IMG/VR virus record: IMGVR_UViG_3300041809_000290
Coordinates: 1-56,028 of that record
Source of the DNA: a virus
Lineage: Duplodnaviria; Caudoviricetes
Length of the DNA: 56,028 nt
Direction: 5' to 3' (one strand)
Part shown: positions 26,506-36,734 of the stretch, in pieces
Numbering within the stretch: position 1 is the stretch's first letter
Layout: the number at the start of each line of letters is the position of its first letter
The notes under the pieces: generated by a model
The model's database searches: none
The model's input: the letters and a program-made list of their open reading frames with translations, nothing else
Told to the model about the DNA's origin: nothing
Translations under genes and position numbers: made by a program

Positions 26506-28016
26506 GTAATGCCGACACAAAATATGGAGGGTCTTCCAGCGGTCCGGGAGCTATATATCGTAAGACCAAGGTAGAGGTTACGTGGGTAGCTTGGGATTGG
26601 GACTCAAATCAACCCAAAGACCCTAAAGATATAACTATAATGGCACTATCATTTCAATGGCTAAAATCAATTAAAAATCCAGCTTCTCGATGTGTACTAA
26701 CGATGCTACCACAATTCTCTGACAGTAATTACTTGGATTTAATGAATCCTATGGACGTTATACAGATATATGAGTTTGATACTTTAAAGTTTCAGGGATA
26801 TATAACTAGAATCGGTGCATCAGGAGAGATACTTCCGGATGGAACTCCAAGTCGCAGGGTGTCTCTTTATATATCGTCATTTGGAGAATTAATATCTAAT
26901 GCAAATCTTGGGGTTTCGTTGTTCCTACAAAGTGGATGGAATAGCGTTCCTGGCGGAACTTATGTTAAGGTGGGAGTACAAATAGCACAATTTGTTGCAT
27001 CACTAGCAACCGTTATGAACAATAACCAGCCATATTCCTCGGCACTTATTTCGGTTATCGATGAATGGCTTAACTTTGTTAGCGAGGTCGGCGCTCCTAG
27101 TTTCGTAACATATTTCAATTATTGGATAAACTACCAAACTGGAATGGTTGGTCAAGCTATATATAATACTCCAAGCGATCCATACTTATTTAGTCCTCAA
27201 GATAATAACATAAATCTATTGCAGATAATATATAAATATACACAAATGCCATTTAATGAACTATTTATGGATTGTGGGCCTCGTAAAATATACAGTGAGA
27301 CAGACCCATTATTATCAAATGTAGTATCAACTGACTTAGTTAATAATTATGATTATTTAATAAATAGGGCTACTCTATTCGATGGAACAATAAACGATTA
27401 TGGAACCACATGCAATTTGTGGTCTAAATTAATTGATAAAGTCGTTCCATCCTCCTATATTAAAAGATTTGATCTAAATAAAACTATGGAGGAAAGCTAT
27501 TCCTTATATTTAGTGGCACCGGCCATATTTAATCCAGAAGATTTTGCTCTAATCGCGATGGGAACTCCAGTTATAGACCCTGTTGCCCTCAATAAATATT
27601 TACTTCGAGAACTTCATCAGAACTTATTTTATAAATCCAATATGCCATATCCAAGATATCAAGATTTACAATTGTTAAATGATTCTACACCTATAACGAT
27701 TATACAAGAATCAAAATATAAAGCACAGACATTAATGAATTGGTTTCAATATAACGATCAATTTTTATCTGGAGTCGTTAGAATAGAAGTTCCTAGCGAT
27801 GAGACAATAGACCCTAGAATAGGCGAGAAGATTAGCTTTGATAACATTAATGATGCCTATTTTTATGTAGAAGGAGTGTCTCACACTTGGACTTATGGAG
27901 GGGAAATAACTTCTGATTTAACGCTAACAAGAGGATTTGGAATTAATGGTCCAATAAGTCTCAAGGATAAGATATTTAAGAGAGGCATATTTGCCTTGGG
28001 GAATGGATTCTCATGA
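26502..28016 (+). CDS. Baseplate hub protein
   Basis: PFNELF, RIGEK...FYVEGVSHTW...LTLTRG. Confidence 0.75.
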   Translation: MSNADTKYGGSSSGPGAIYRKTKVEVTWVAWDWDSNQPKDPKDITIMALSFQWLKSIKNPASRCVLTMLPQFSDSNYLDLMNPMDVIQIYEFDTLKFQGYITRIGASGEILPDGTPSRRVSLYISSFGELISNANLGVSLFLQSGWNSVPGGTYVKVGVQIAQFVASLATVMNNNQPYSSALISVIDEWLNFVSEVGAPSFVTYFNYWINYQTGMVGQAIYNTPSDPYLFSPQDNNINLLQIIYKYTQMPFNELFMDCGPRKIYSETDPLLSNVVSTDLVNNYDYLINRATLFDGTINDYGTTCNLWSKLIDKVVPSSYIKRFDLNKTMEESYSLYLVAPAIFNPEDFALIAMGTPVIDPVALNKYLLRELHQNLFYKSNMPYPRYQDLQLLNDSTPITIIQESKYKAQTLMNWFQYNDQFLSGVVRIEVPSDETIDPRIGEKISFDNINDAYFYVEGVSHTWTYGGEITSDLTLTRGFGINGPISLKDKIFKRGIFALGNGFS

Positions 28017-28651
28017 GAAACACAAATGTAGGTCAAGCTTATTCGAGTAGGTCTATTGCGAGGGCATCTCAGTCTGGAATAGAATTTCTGCAAAAACTTC
28101 CTCATTCAGACAAAGTTGAAGTCACTCTTTGTGTAGTAAATGCAGTTAATCCTCAAGAAATGACTTGTGATTTGGTCACTTCAAACGGATCGATAAAACA
28201 GCATGTTCCGATACTTGCTAAATGTGGATTAGATGACGCAACGGCTTCACAAATATGGGGAGAGTTCGAACTTCCCGCGGTACACAGTACTGTCGTGGTC
28301 CTATTTATTTTGGGTAAGGAATCGTTCCCTGTAATAATTGGAACATTATATCCGTTCGCCACTAATTTATTTCAAGCAGGACAGACACCTGTTAATAGTT
28401 CTAGCAAACAATTTACAAAGTCTTTACTTCAAAAAGGTCTTGATGCAAAAACTTATAGAAGGATATTTAAGAGTGGTACTTCTATTGAGGTACAATCGAA
28501 TGGTACAATAGTAGTAGAGACTCCTAGTGGAGGATACTTTGAACTTAACGAAACAAACCAGACGTTTGTAGTAAAAGATGCCCAAGGAAATATAATACAA
28601 TCTAGTGGGACTTCAATAACGTTGAACGGAAATTTGACGGTGAGCCAATGA
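28013..28651 (+). CDS. Baseplate central spike (gpV-like)
   Basis: LPAVHSTVVVLF...PVIIG, then short beta repeats. Confidence 0.75.
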   Translation: MRNTNVGQAYSSRSIARASQSGIEFLQKLPHSDKVEVTLCVVNAVNPQEMTCDLVTSNGSIKQHVPILAKCGLDDATASQIWGEFELPAVHSTVVVLFILGKESFPVIIGTLYPFATNLFQAGQTPVNSSSKQFTKSLLQKGLDAKTYRRIFKSGTSIEVQSNGTIVVETPSGGYFELNETNQTFVVKDAQGNIIQSSGTSITLNGNLTVSQ

Positions 28652-29019
28652 AGAAGTTGTTTGATGCAAATGGAACTTTCTCTTATGGTTCCAATGTATA
28701 CGGAAGTGTGCAGCCTTCCGTTGTTTCAAGTCCGTCCACAAAAGTTAAGTCCCAAGGAAAACAACTTAATTTTGGACCATTAAACATATTAATTCCGGCT
28801 GGTATTACGGATGTGTCAGGATGTTCTTCTACGTCTCCCACACCTGCTACTATTAATCCGGGATCTACAAAAATAAAATCTGGAGCAGCTTTCGCGGTGT
28901 TAGATGGGGACAGCGTGAACGTTTCCGGAGTTGCTGGATTGAATGGTGGAAGTGCTTGTACTTTACAGACGTTTTCTGTTACGGCAAAAGCAAGTCAGAT
29001 AAAGACACAAGGTAATTAA
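28648..29019 (+). CDS. Spike-tip (PAAR-like) protein
   Basis: Small, repeated STKVKS/STKIKS, AVLDGD; follows spike gene. Confidence 0.5.
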   Translation: MKKLFDANGTFSYGSNVYGSVQPSVVSSPSTKVKSQGKQLNFGPLNILIPAGITDVSGCSSTSPTPATINPGSTKIKSGAAFAVLDGDSVNVSGVAGLNGGSACTLQTFSVTAKASQIKTQGN

Positions 29020-30693
29020 ATGAGCGACAATCTTTTGATAAAGAGCTTCCTCTTCGAAGTCGTTCATACTCAAGATAGCACCATTTTGTCCTCATTTACA
29101 CTAGTTCTTCCTCCTCAACGATTAACCATTAGGGAACCGCAACGAGTTAGTATTGTAAAGACGTTTGGAAATGCTTTTGTAGATGACTATGGCGCTGACA
29201 ATATAGAAATGACGATTAGTGGCATGTCAGGTACAGCGTTGGCGCTTCCTACATTTCAACCTTCTGGTCAGGCTGCACAGAATCCTATTGTTATAACTGG
29301 AGATCAGCAAAATCCTGGAAATTCACAAACTACTGGTGTAACTGCGGTTCCAGCTTCCACATTAAATAACAATCAAGGATTTACTTCACAATCTGCATTT
29401 TATACATTCCGTGATTCCATAATTAGATATAAAGACAATGTTGATTTTGATCAGTATGAACTAAGAGTATACGATTTGGGAGATGGCCAAGCTTACAAAT
29501 GTATTTTGCTGGATTTCACCTTAGATCGTACATCAGATTTACCGTTTAGATATCCGTTCACCATTCGGCTTTTTGTTTATGCTAGAATGGGAACCAAAGA
29601 TGTTGCTAAAGCTACTCCTATATCCACTGCAAAGAACCCCATATTTTCATTAACAAATATAACTAATGCCTTAAATTCGATGAACAATGCGTTCCCATTA
29701 TTTCAAACAATTCAAAATATAAAGAATCAGGTATCTTTGATAACTCAACAAGTATCACAATTGGAAGGGGCTTTTACCAATTGGTTAAGTGAAGGCCAGT
29801 CTGTAATTGAGTCTCCATTGTGGCTGGCAAAGACATTGATTGCTTCGTTTAAGCAACTTAATGAATTTGTATACTCTGCGTATACAATGGGTCTTATGAC
29901 TGTTCAAAGCTACATGAGTGCAAAGGAAGTTATAAACGATCAGTGGGAAAATGCTCTTAGTGTTTATGGGTATGCGATAAGTAATACCCCATCTTCGACC
30001 GCATCTCTTGTACTGTCTACTCTTAAAGGAATGGATTATACAACGAATCCTTCAGTTCCATTGCCGACATCAAATACAATTAATTTTACTTATACCGGTC
30101 TTTTACAATACACTGTTCAGGGAGCCGACACATTACAGAGCATTGCACAATCTCAATTGGGAAATTCTAATGACTGGATATATATTGCCTGGGTTAATCC
30201 TGGAATAGCCTCAAATGCCGATCTTGTAGTAGGATCTAAAATATTCATACCTATTCAAAAGAGTCAACAAAACGTAGCAAAAGATCAATTTATTATATCT
30301 GAAAATATTCAGACCGATACGTATGGCACTGATATAATGTTAGACTCTCAGGGAAATATCATAGTTTCTGAGGGTGGGGACCTAGCAGTAATTTCTGGAA
30401 TGAAGAATCTACTCCAGGCATTAAACATAAGATTGAATACACTTGCCGGTAGCATGATAAAACAAACGGCATTTGGTTTAGTCAATTCAGTCGGATTACC
30501 CGGTACAGCATATGCATTAAATTATGCGGTAGTTAACTTTAAGGACACTTTAATTCAAGATCCTAGAGTTGCTAGTGTTAGCAACGTACAAGCCAATACT
30601 CAGGGCGACGCTATATTCATGTCAGCAAATATAACTCCCGTTAGTGGGGATTACACACTTCCGATAAATACGTCCATAGGATTAGGAGTTTAA
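29020..30693 (+). CDS. Baseplate protein: tube-initiator-like + LysM + gp25/W-like
   Basis: YTVQGADTLQSIA...LG...W..IA..N LysM; C-terminal YGTDI...ISGMKNLLQA...DPRV. Confidence 0.75.
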   Translation: MSDNLLIKSFLFEVVHTQDSTILSSFTLVLPPQRLTIREPQRVSIVKTFGNAFVDDYGADNIEMTISGMSGTALALPTFQPSGQAAQNPIVITGDQQNPGNSQTTGVTAVPASTLNNNQGFTSQSAFYTFRDSIIRYKDNVDFDQYELRVYDLGDGQAYKCILLDFTLDRTSDLPFRYPFTIRLFVYARMGTKDVAKATPISTAKNPIFSLTNITNALNSMNNAFPLFQTIQNIKNQVSLITQQVSQLEGAFTNWLSEGQSVIESPLWLAKTLIASFKQLNEFVYSAYTMGLMTVQSYMSAKEVINDQWENALSVYGYAISNTPSSTASLVLSTLKGMDYTTNPSVPLPTSNTINFTYTGLLQYTVQGADTLQSIAQSQLGNSNDWIYIAWVNPGIASNADLVVGSKIFIPIQKSQQNVAKDQFIISENIQTDTYGTDIMLDSQGNIIVSEGGDLAVISGMKNLLQALNIRLNTLAGSMIKQTAFGLVNSVGLPGTAYALNYAVVNFKDTLIQDPRVASVSNVQANTQGDAIFMSANITPVSGDYTLPINTSIGLGV

Positions 30694-30694
30694 T

Positions 30695-31774
30695 ATGGGA
30701 TATCCTGTTAAAACATTTGATCAAATAGTTGCAAGCATGATTGCTTATATAGTGGCAAACTCCACCACTATAACTGACTTTAATGCCGGATCAATAATTA
30801 GGTCGTTTTGTGAGGCAACAGGTCTTGTGGGAGAAGAGATATATGTGGCTTTATATTTGGGATTCCAAAGACAACTTGCAAACATTCCACAGTATGTATT
30901 TAATTTAGTTCAAAAGGTCGGAACAGTCGCTTCCGTGAACTTAGTATTTGGATGTTCTGTGTCTGCTCCTCAGGCTTACCCAATACCGATAGGAACTCAG
31001 GTACAGACTGCATCTGGAATAGTATTTAGTACAACTTCTGCTGGAAGTATTCCTCAAGGATCTACCGTATCCGGTTCTATTCCCGCAGTATCTAATGCGA
31101 TAGGTTATTCAAATAATGTTGCCGCTAACACTCTTACTTCTTTAATAGGAAGCGTCAACGGAATTAACTCCGTTACTAATCCTAATTCCGCTACGGGAGG
31201 AACCGATTCGGAGACTCCTTACCAATATAACCAAAGGTTCCAGGCTTATATAGAAGGATTGGGAGTATCAAATATAGCTGGTTTAATATTTGGTGCTCTT
31301 TCTGTTACTGGAATAACCTCCGCCTCTGTTATAGAGAACTTTCCGCCAGTATCAAATGTAAACGTAAGTTTATACATTGATAATGGACAAGTGGGTGGAG
31401 TTAGTGCTGCGACTATAGCTCAAGTTCAATCCATAATAAATGGAAATGGAAGCACTTCAAATCCAGGGTATAGAGCAGCTGGAGTAAATGTGGTTGTTTA
31501 TGCACCTTCGATTGTAACTATCAATGTGGTAGGAACGGTTCATTTAATATCTGGAGCAAATCAAACGGTCGTATTTAATAGTATAAATACAGCTTTGACA
31601 AACTATATTAATTCATTAGGAGTGGGAGCAAACGTAATATACAATGAACTAATATCGGCAGTAATGGGAGTATATGGAGTTGCAAATTGCGTGATATCTT
31701 CCCCATCAAGCGACACCACTATTCTTCCTTCACAGGTTGGAAGAGTTGGCACTATAACATTTACTCCTAATTGA
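30695..31774 (+). CDS. Baseplate J-like wedge protein
   Basis: ITDFNAGS, VTNP..ATGGTDSET, YRAAGV. Confidence 0.9.
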   Translation: MGYPVKTFDQIVASMIAYIVANSTTITDFNAGSIIRSFCEATGLVGEEIYVALYLGFQRQLANIPQYVFNLVQKVGTVASVNLVFGCSVSAPQAYPIPIGTQVQTASGIVFSTTSAGSIPQGSTVSGSIPAVSNAIGYSNNVAANTLTSLIGSVNGINSVTNPNSATGGTDSETPYQYNQRFQAYIEGLGVSNIAGLIFGALSVTGITSASVIENFPPVSNVNVSLYIDNGQVGGVSAATIAQVQSIINGNGSTSNPGYRAAGVNVVVYAPSIVTINVVGTVHLISGANQTVVFNSINTALTNYINSLGVGANVIYNELISAVMGVYGVANCVISSPSSDTTILPSQVGRVGTITFTPN

Positions 31775-31786
31775 TAGGATATAGAA

Positions 31787-32539
31787 ATGAACGTAATAAC
31801 CGAAATAAATCAATCTGCAATTTCAAGTGCTATAAATAAGGGGGATAATGATCTTCCTTATATAACCGTCATCGGAAGTGCAGATTTTGTTCCTAATCCA
31901 ACAATAGTCACGTCTGCTGATTTCAAATGCGGTGCACTGTGCAATGAGCTTGAATACGCTCGACTTGTTGCAGGTTATTACGTAGGATCAATGAATCCTG
32001 CTCAAGCTACAGGTAATGAATTAAATTCAATAATAAACGCTTTTATTAATTTGCCTAGAAATGGGGCAACTGAAACCGATTCTATGTATCTCGATAGGTT
32101 TTTAGCAATAGTGGCCCAAAATTCATTTCCAAATAGATGTACTCCTGGAGCAATTTTAAATGCATTATCTTACTTTATTAATATTGGTAGTATTCAGATA
32201 GTAGAGCCATTTAATACTAATAATCTATATTTTGAGGTTAGATTTTCCGGAACGCAGGCAATAACTAGTACATTGACTTTTGATAATGATTTTATAGGAT
32301 TTCTTAATAACAATTATATTGGTGGTGTTAACTCAGGTGTAATAATAACTTATATATACAATATAATACAAAGAATAAAGGCCGCAGGTGTAAGTTTTGT
32401 GGTCTATACAGTATCTTTAAATTCAATAACTTCTACCACTTATTTTAAAATAGGTTCAAGACAGTTCTCAGTATTTAGTAAGTGCGATTTCTTGAACGTC
32501 AGGTCTATTACGAACACAATATCTGCTTATTTCACTTGA
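31787..32539 (+). CDS. Baseplate wedge protein (gpI-like)
   Basis: ATGNELN...LPR..ETD..Y..R; IKAAGV. Confidence 0.7.
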   Translation: MNVITEINQSAISSAINKGDNDLPYITVIGSADFVPNPTIVTSADFKCGALCNELEYARLVAGYYVGSMNPAQATGNELNSIINAFINLPRNGATETDSMYLDRFLAIVAQNSFPNRCTPGAILNALSYFINIGSIQIVEPFNTNNLYFEVRFSGTQAITSTLTFDNDFIGFLNNNYIGGVNSGVIITYIYNIIQRIKAAGVSFVVYTVSLNSITSTTYFKIGSRQFSVFSKCDFLNVRSITNTISAYFT

Positions 32540-32603
32540 TAATATCGATTGGGGTTTATCACATGGTATACTTTAATGAGAAGAACGATGGAGGAAACTC
32601 ATC

Positions 32604-34712
32604 ATGGTCCTTAACGCAAGTAGAGCTATAAAAGCTGCACAGTTTTACTCTGGAGAACAAGCTACCAGCGCTGATTTTAATTTTATGGCACAAGAGACCT
32701 ATCAAAATGAAGTTGAACTTTTGGCGATGCTCGCTAATAACGAAGATGTGGATGATGTCTCCACTTCGGATACTGTTATAGCCGGTTTAATTGCTACAAC
32801 AATATCAAATTTAAACGTTACACTAACTGCCGGATGCGCGGTATCTTTCTCGGGATCTTATTGGTCCAATAATACCTGGGGATGGGTTTCCGGCGCTGGA
32901 AACATATTTGGGGTTATTAATCCATCGGATCAGGTTCTTGCATTTGGATCTAATTCTGGAACTTACACCAGATATGATATCGTCGAGATTCAACCAGTAT
33001 TAAATAGTTATAATTCTTCATCTCGACAGTTTATAGACCCTGTTACGCAGCAAGTATCGACAAATAATGTTAATACAAGATATGAATTTGGAATTAATAT
33101 AGTAATTAAACCAGGAAATGCTTCGGTTCAAAATACCTATCCGACTACTGATCCTGGATACATTAAAGTTATGGAAGTGGCTATACCTGTGGGGGCTACA
33201 ACTCCAAGTTATGTATATGACTCTCGAAACACTGGATTATGGAATGGCAATAATGGCGGTACAAGGTGCAGTAAAGATTTGTTTTATTATATTGCACAAA
33301 ATGCTGCAAGTTCTCCTTTTACCACTTCGTTGCCATTGGCATCGGCAAATAGAGGAAGAATGTATATTTTTCAAAAAACCGATAGTAGTGCAAATACCGT
33401 TACTGTAACTGTTACTGGAGCCGATACTATCAATGGATCGGTCACTTCAATTGTTCTGTCTTCACAATGGGATTACGTTGTTCTTCGTGCTATTAATTCA
33501 GGAAATTATATTGTCATCGCTAATGGAATTGGGCAATGGAAATCTGCATTAACAAAGCCGTTGGGTGCAGGTTGGCCGATAGCACTAAATGCTTCTGCCG
33601 TGTTGGGGTCGGCAAACGGAATTGATGCGGCATCGGTTATTCAGTATGGAATAGGGACACTAAGCCCTCCGAGCATAACAAATCTTAACCAATATTTGCC
33701 TGGGGGATTTTATTTAACTACTAATGCTTGTACGGGTGCACCAGGAGGGCTGGCTCACTACTTTGAAGTAATAATTGTTACTGTAAGTACTACACAATCT
33801 GTACAATACGCATTTGATACTTCCACATTAATATTATATAAAAGATACTATTCGGGTGGGGCAGGCACTTGGGGCACGATTTATGATTCAGTATCTCTGC
33901 CTCTCGGGACCAACTGGCCCGCAGTCCTTGCAGGCGCTCTCGGGACCAACTGGCCCGCAGTCCTTGCAGGCGCTCTCGGGACCAACTGGCCCGCAGTCCT
34001 TGCAGGCGGGACGATGGGCTCCGGGTCCGGAGCAGGAGGCACGATCCCCAACGGCCCGTGGACCAGCTATACGTTCTGGTCGAGCGGAGTCGGCCCGAAT
34101 ACCGTCATCCTGCCGCCTATCTCCAGCATGCAAGTAGGCAATAGGGTCACGGTGTACACTGGGGCCGCGGTTACGACTATAAACGCGGCCGGATCGGACC
34201 ATCTTGGATATTATGGCGGATCGTATGGGACTTCTTTTGTTCTCCAGGCGTGCGGCGACTATGTTACTCTCGAATACAACCCGGCGGGCCTATGGGCCGT
34301 CGTCGCGACGAACGGACCGGAACTTGAAGCATCTTATAGCGGTTCAATAACAACCGGAACTCCTGGTTCAGGTGTACCTTATAATATAGGAAATATTGTT
34401 TTAGTTCCTGGAGTTTACGATTTATTAATGACGGGGGACGTAGACGCTGAAACAGGTTACGCTACAACTATGTCCCTGTTAGCCGCTTTGTCTACATCTT
34501 CTTCTAGTATATCTGACAATGATCTGGCCGGGGAGGCACTAGTTGGAATGCAAAGTGCGAATGTAGGCGAAGTTCGAGGGTCAATAACTAAATTAAAAAG
34601 AGTTATTATCACTACATCAACAACTTATTATTTAATATTTTTATTATATGGTAACAGTCCTCCACTTGCTTATTATAGAAACTTTAGAATAAGTGCAAGA
34701 AGATTGGCATAA
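32604..34712 (+). CDS. Tail fibre / receptor-binding protein
   Basis: RYDIV N-terminal anchor motif, modular Gly/Ser/Thr-rich body, last tail gene. Confidence 0.85.
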   Translation: MVLNASRAIKAAQFYSGEQATSADFNFMAQETYQNEVELLAMLANNEDVDDVSTSDTVIAGLIATTISNLNVTLTAGCAVSFSGSYWSNNTWGWVSGAGNIFGVINPSDQVLAFGSNSGTYTRYDIVEIQPVLNSYNSSSRQFIDPVTQQVSTNNVNTRYEFGINIVIKPGNASVQNTYPTTDPGYIKVMEVAIPVGATTPSYVYDSRNTGLWNGNNGGTRCSKDLFYYIAQNAASSPFTTSLPLASANRGRMYIFQKTDSSANTVTVTVTGADTINGSVTSIVLSSQWDYVVLRAINSGNYIVIANGIGQWKSALTKPLGAGWPIALNASAVLGSANGIDAASVIQYGIGTLSPPSITNLNQYLPGGFYLTTNACTGAPGGLAHYFEVIIVTVSTTQSVQYAFDTSTLILYKRYYSGGAGTWGTIYDSVSLPLGTNWPAVLAGALGTNWPAVLAGALGTNWPAVLAGGTMGSGSGAGGTIPNGPWTSYTFWSSGVGPNTVILPPISSMQVGNRVTVYTGAAVTTINAAGSDHLGYYGGSYGTSFVLQACGDYVTLEYNPAGLWAVVATNGPELEASYSGSITTGTPGSGVPYNIGNIVLVPGVYDLLMTGDVDAETGYATTMSLLAALSTSSSSISDNDLAGEALVGMQSANVGEVRGSITKLKRVIITTSTTYYLIFLLYGNSPPLAYYRNFRISARRLA
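33901..34008 (+). repeat. Three perfect 36-bp coding repeats (LGTNWPAVLAGA)
   Basis: CTCTCGGGACCAACTGGCCCGCAGTCCTTGCAGGCG x3. Confidence 0.95.
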
Positions 34713-34719
34713 AATTATG

Positions 34720-35106
34720 TTAAAATATCTTTGCAACATGTTTATATGTAAAATAAATCTCATCTTTATTCTCCAAAAATCCGTATATTGGTGTTTCTCC
34801 TGTAATAGTGGCATGATCACATTCATGCCGGTAGCCCAATTCAATGTTACTAAATCTAATACCAGCATTAATTATATAAAGACTTTCCCACGGAGCAAAG
34901 AGTCCATTATTCAAAGAAGATTCCCAAGTTTCTACAGAACCTCCTATAAAAATGTGATTATCAAGCAGTTGTGCTTCTATTCCAAGAGTAGTTTGATAAG
35001 TATTCGAGGGGTACTGTGTAATCGGAGAATAAGCATTCGAGGCTGCTCCCTCATTATAATTCAGTGTCCCCACCGAGAGCAGATACGCCAGAGCGAGCCA
35101 TGTCAT
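34720..35106 (-). CDS. Antisense moron-like gene, putative exported beta-rich protein
   Basis: AAGGAGG RBS; candidate promoter TTGTAT-17-TATTGT; hydrophobic N-terminus; C-terminal Phe. Confidence 0.7.
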   Translation of the reverse strand: MTWLALAYLLSVGTLNYNEGAASNAYSPITQYPSNTYQTTLGIEAQLLDNHIFIGGSVETWESSLNNGLFAPWESLYIINAGIRFSNIELGYRHECDHATITGETPIYGFLENKDEIYFTYKHVAKIF

Positions 35107-35233
35107 ATAGTCCTCCTTGTATATCTTATTAAGACATACAATATCATTAAATATAAATTAATACAAGTAACTATAAATTTAATAAATATATTAAATTGGC
35201 ATGGTTTAAGCTATGATTTGAAAGGCGGTATGT

Positions 35234-35986
35234 ATGGGGTCTGACACTGTGTTTAAATACTGGGAATTTTGGGCCTCCATAGGGTTAACTCTGATATTAA
35301 TAATATCCGCATTGGTAGGGTTTTTAAAATCTGGTGGCACACTGCAAGCCGGAAAGCTTACTCTTAAACCGTATCGAAAGGGAGACGATTCAAGAGTAAA
35401 TCCACATCAATTTTGCCCTCATGCTAAAGACATACTAAAGGTGGTTATGAAAACTACCGAGTATTGTGAAACCAAACATTACATGAGGGACGAATTAATT
35501 GATACTCAAATGAGGTACTTTGATGAGAAGGAAATTGAATTAAAGGGATATCTTCAGAAAGTATTTATTGATGCTTTACAAATAGCCGTTCCTATTCAAG
35601 AGGATCTTGTTCAAAATCAAGAATACATTAATTATAACTTAGCTCTCATGGGACTAAGTAGAGAAATAAGAGAATATGTTAAAATAGCCATACTAAAGAA
35701 CCATTTTATATCTGACAATGATACTGAATGGCAGGAGCGTAAACGAAGATACAAGACTTCTATCATACAGAAGGGGGTAGATTTCCTTAATATATATTGG
35801 AGAGGAAGTACTATTCCTCGCTATAAACTTTATGAGGCTAACCATAGCGATGAAAGTATCGCAGAAATAAATAAGACAATCGATGATATGTTTGAATACG
35901 CGAGAACATGTGCCGTCGAGAATGACAATAAAATAAATAAGGTTAAGGATGAATATGAAGAATTCTTAAAGTCAAACATCGGCTAA
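35234..35986 (+). CDS. Membrane-anchored hypothetical protein (lysis region)
   Basis: One N-terminal TM plus soluble domain. Confidence 0.7.
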   Translation: MGSDTVFKYWEFWASIGLTLILIISALVGFLKSGGTLQAGKLTLKPYRKGDDSRVNPHQFCPHAKDILKVVMKTTEYCETKHYMRDELIDTQMRYFDEKEIELKGYLQKVFIDALQIAVPIQEDLVQNQEYINYNLALMGLSREIREYVKIAILKNHFISDNDTEWQERKRRYKTSIIQKGVDFLNIYWRGSTIPRYKLYEANHSDESIAEINKTIDDMFEYARTCAVENDNKINKVKDEYEEFLKSNIG

Positions 35987-35997
35987 TGGAGCGTTAA

Positions 35998-36336
35998 ATG
36001 AAGAAAACAATTCGAACCTTTAATGTTTGGATACGAGACACAGGATCTTGGATTATGCTTCTACTATCCGCTTCAGCAGGTATTATGTTGGCAAGTTTTC
36101 CCCATCTTGCCAGACAAAATCTAAAGCCCTCTAGATTGATAGCGACCATTGTAGTTGCTATTGTGTCTGCCGGTGGATTAGTAACGTTTGAATCGGTACG
36201 AAAGAGCGACCGAACAGTACGATCTTTACACCTTTGGCATCGAATGGGGTCTATGTTCATGGCTGGATTAAGTTCGGTCGCCTTGACTGACTCTATATTT
36301 GAAGCTATTACTCGAATATTTGGTAGCATTAATTAA
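35998..36336 (+). CDS. Holin-like membrane protein
   Basis: 2-3 TM segments; position. Confidence 0.5.
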   Translation: MKKTIRTFNVWIRDTGSWIMLLLSASAGIMLASFPHLARQNLKPSRLIATIVVAIVSAGGLVTFESVRKSDRTVRSLHLWHRMGSMFMAGLSSVALTDSIFEAITRIFGSIN

Positions 36337-36349
36337 TAAACTGAATATG

Positions 36350-36378
36350 TTGACAAACGAAGTTAAATTAGTTAATAT
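36350..36378 (+). promoter_or_regulatory. sigma70-type promoter
   Basis: TTGACA-17-TAATAT. Confidence 0.7.
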
Positions 36379-36420
36379 AATAGGTACATCGGTTTCAAAG
36401 ACAAATCATAAGGAGGTTCT

Positions 36421-36726
36421 ATGTCAGATGTTGTAAAGGCTAAGTCTTGGATCGTGGTGTTCTTCAGCACCATATGGTCCTGGATTGTAACCGTGGCTAA
36501 AGAAGTGATCGTATGGTACGGAGAGGCCAAGGCGTTCGTTCAGAAGGTGCTTCGTCTGTTCGACCAGCCCAATTCCAACCCGACCAAGATCAGTTCGCGA
36601 AGGGTGCTTTGTGGCGTCTTTGCGTTCTTCGCTGTACGGCAATTGCTTCATGGTGACTGGTCAGGTTTCCTGATGGCACTCGTGGGAGCCGTTGTCGTAG
36701 CTATTCTCATTGCTCTCAAGCCCTAA
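36421..36726 (+). CDS. Holin-like membrane protein
   Basis: TM segments; ISSRRV motif; AAGGAGG RBS. Confidence 0.55.
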   Translation: MSDVVKAKSWIVVFFSTIWSWIVTVAKEVIVWYGEAKAFVQKVLRLFDQPNSNPTKISSRRVLCGVFAFFAVRQLLHGDWSGFLMALVGAVVVAILIALKP

Positions 36727-36734
36727 TTACAGTT

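Noticed and set aside
33901-34008. 36-bp repeat as a third TIGR or CRISPR array
   Set aside because: Copies are identical with no variable spacers and are in frame within the tail fibre.
32604-35106. Diversity-generating retroelement or invertible fibre cassette
   Set aside because: No reverse transcriptase, template/variable repeat pair or invertase seen.
34693-35244. 183-aa plus-strand ORF
   Set aside because: No RBS and implausible composition; the minus-strand ORF has a strong RBS and promoter candidate.
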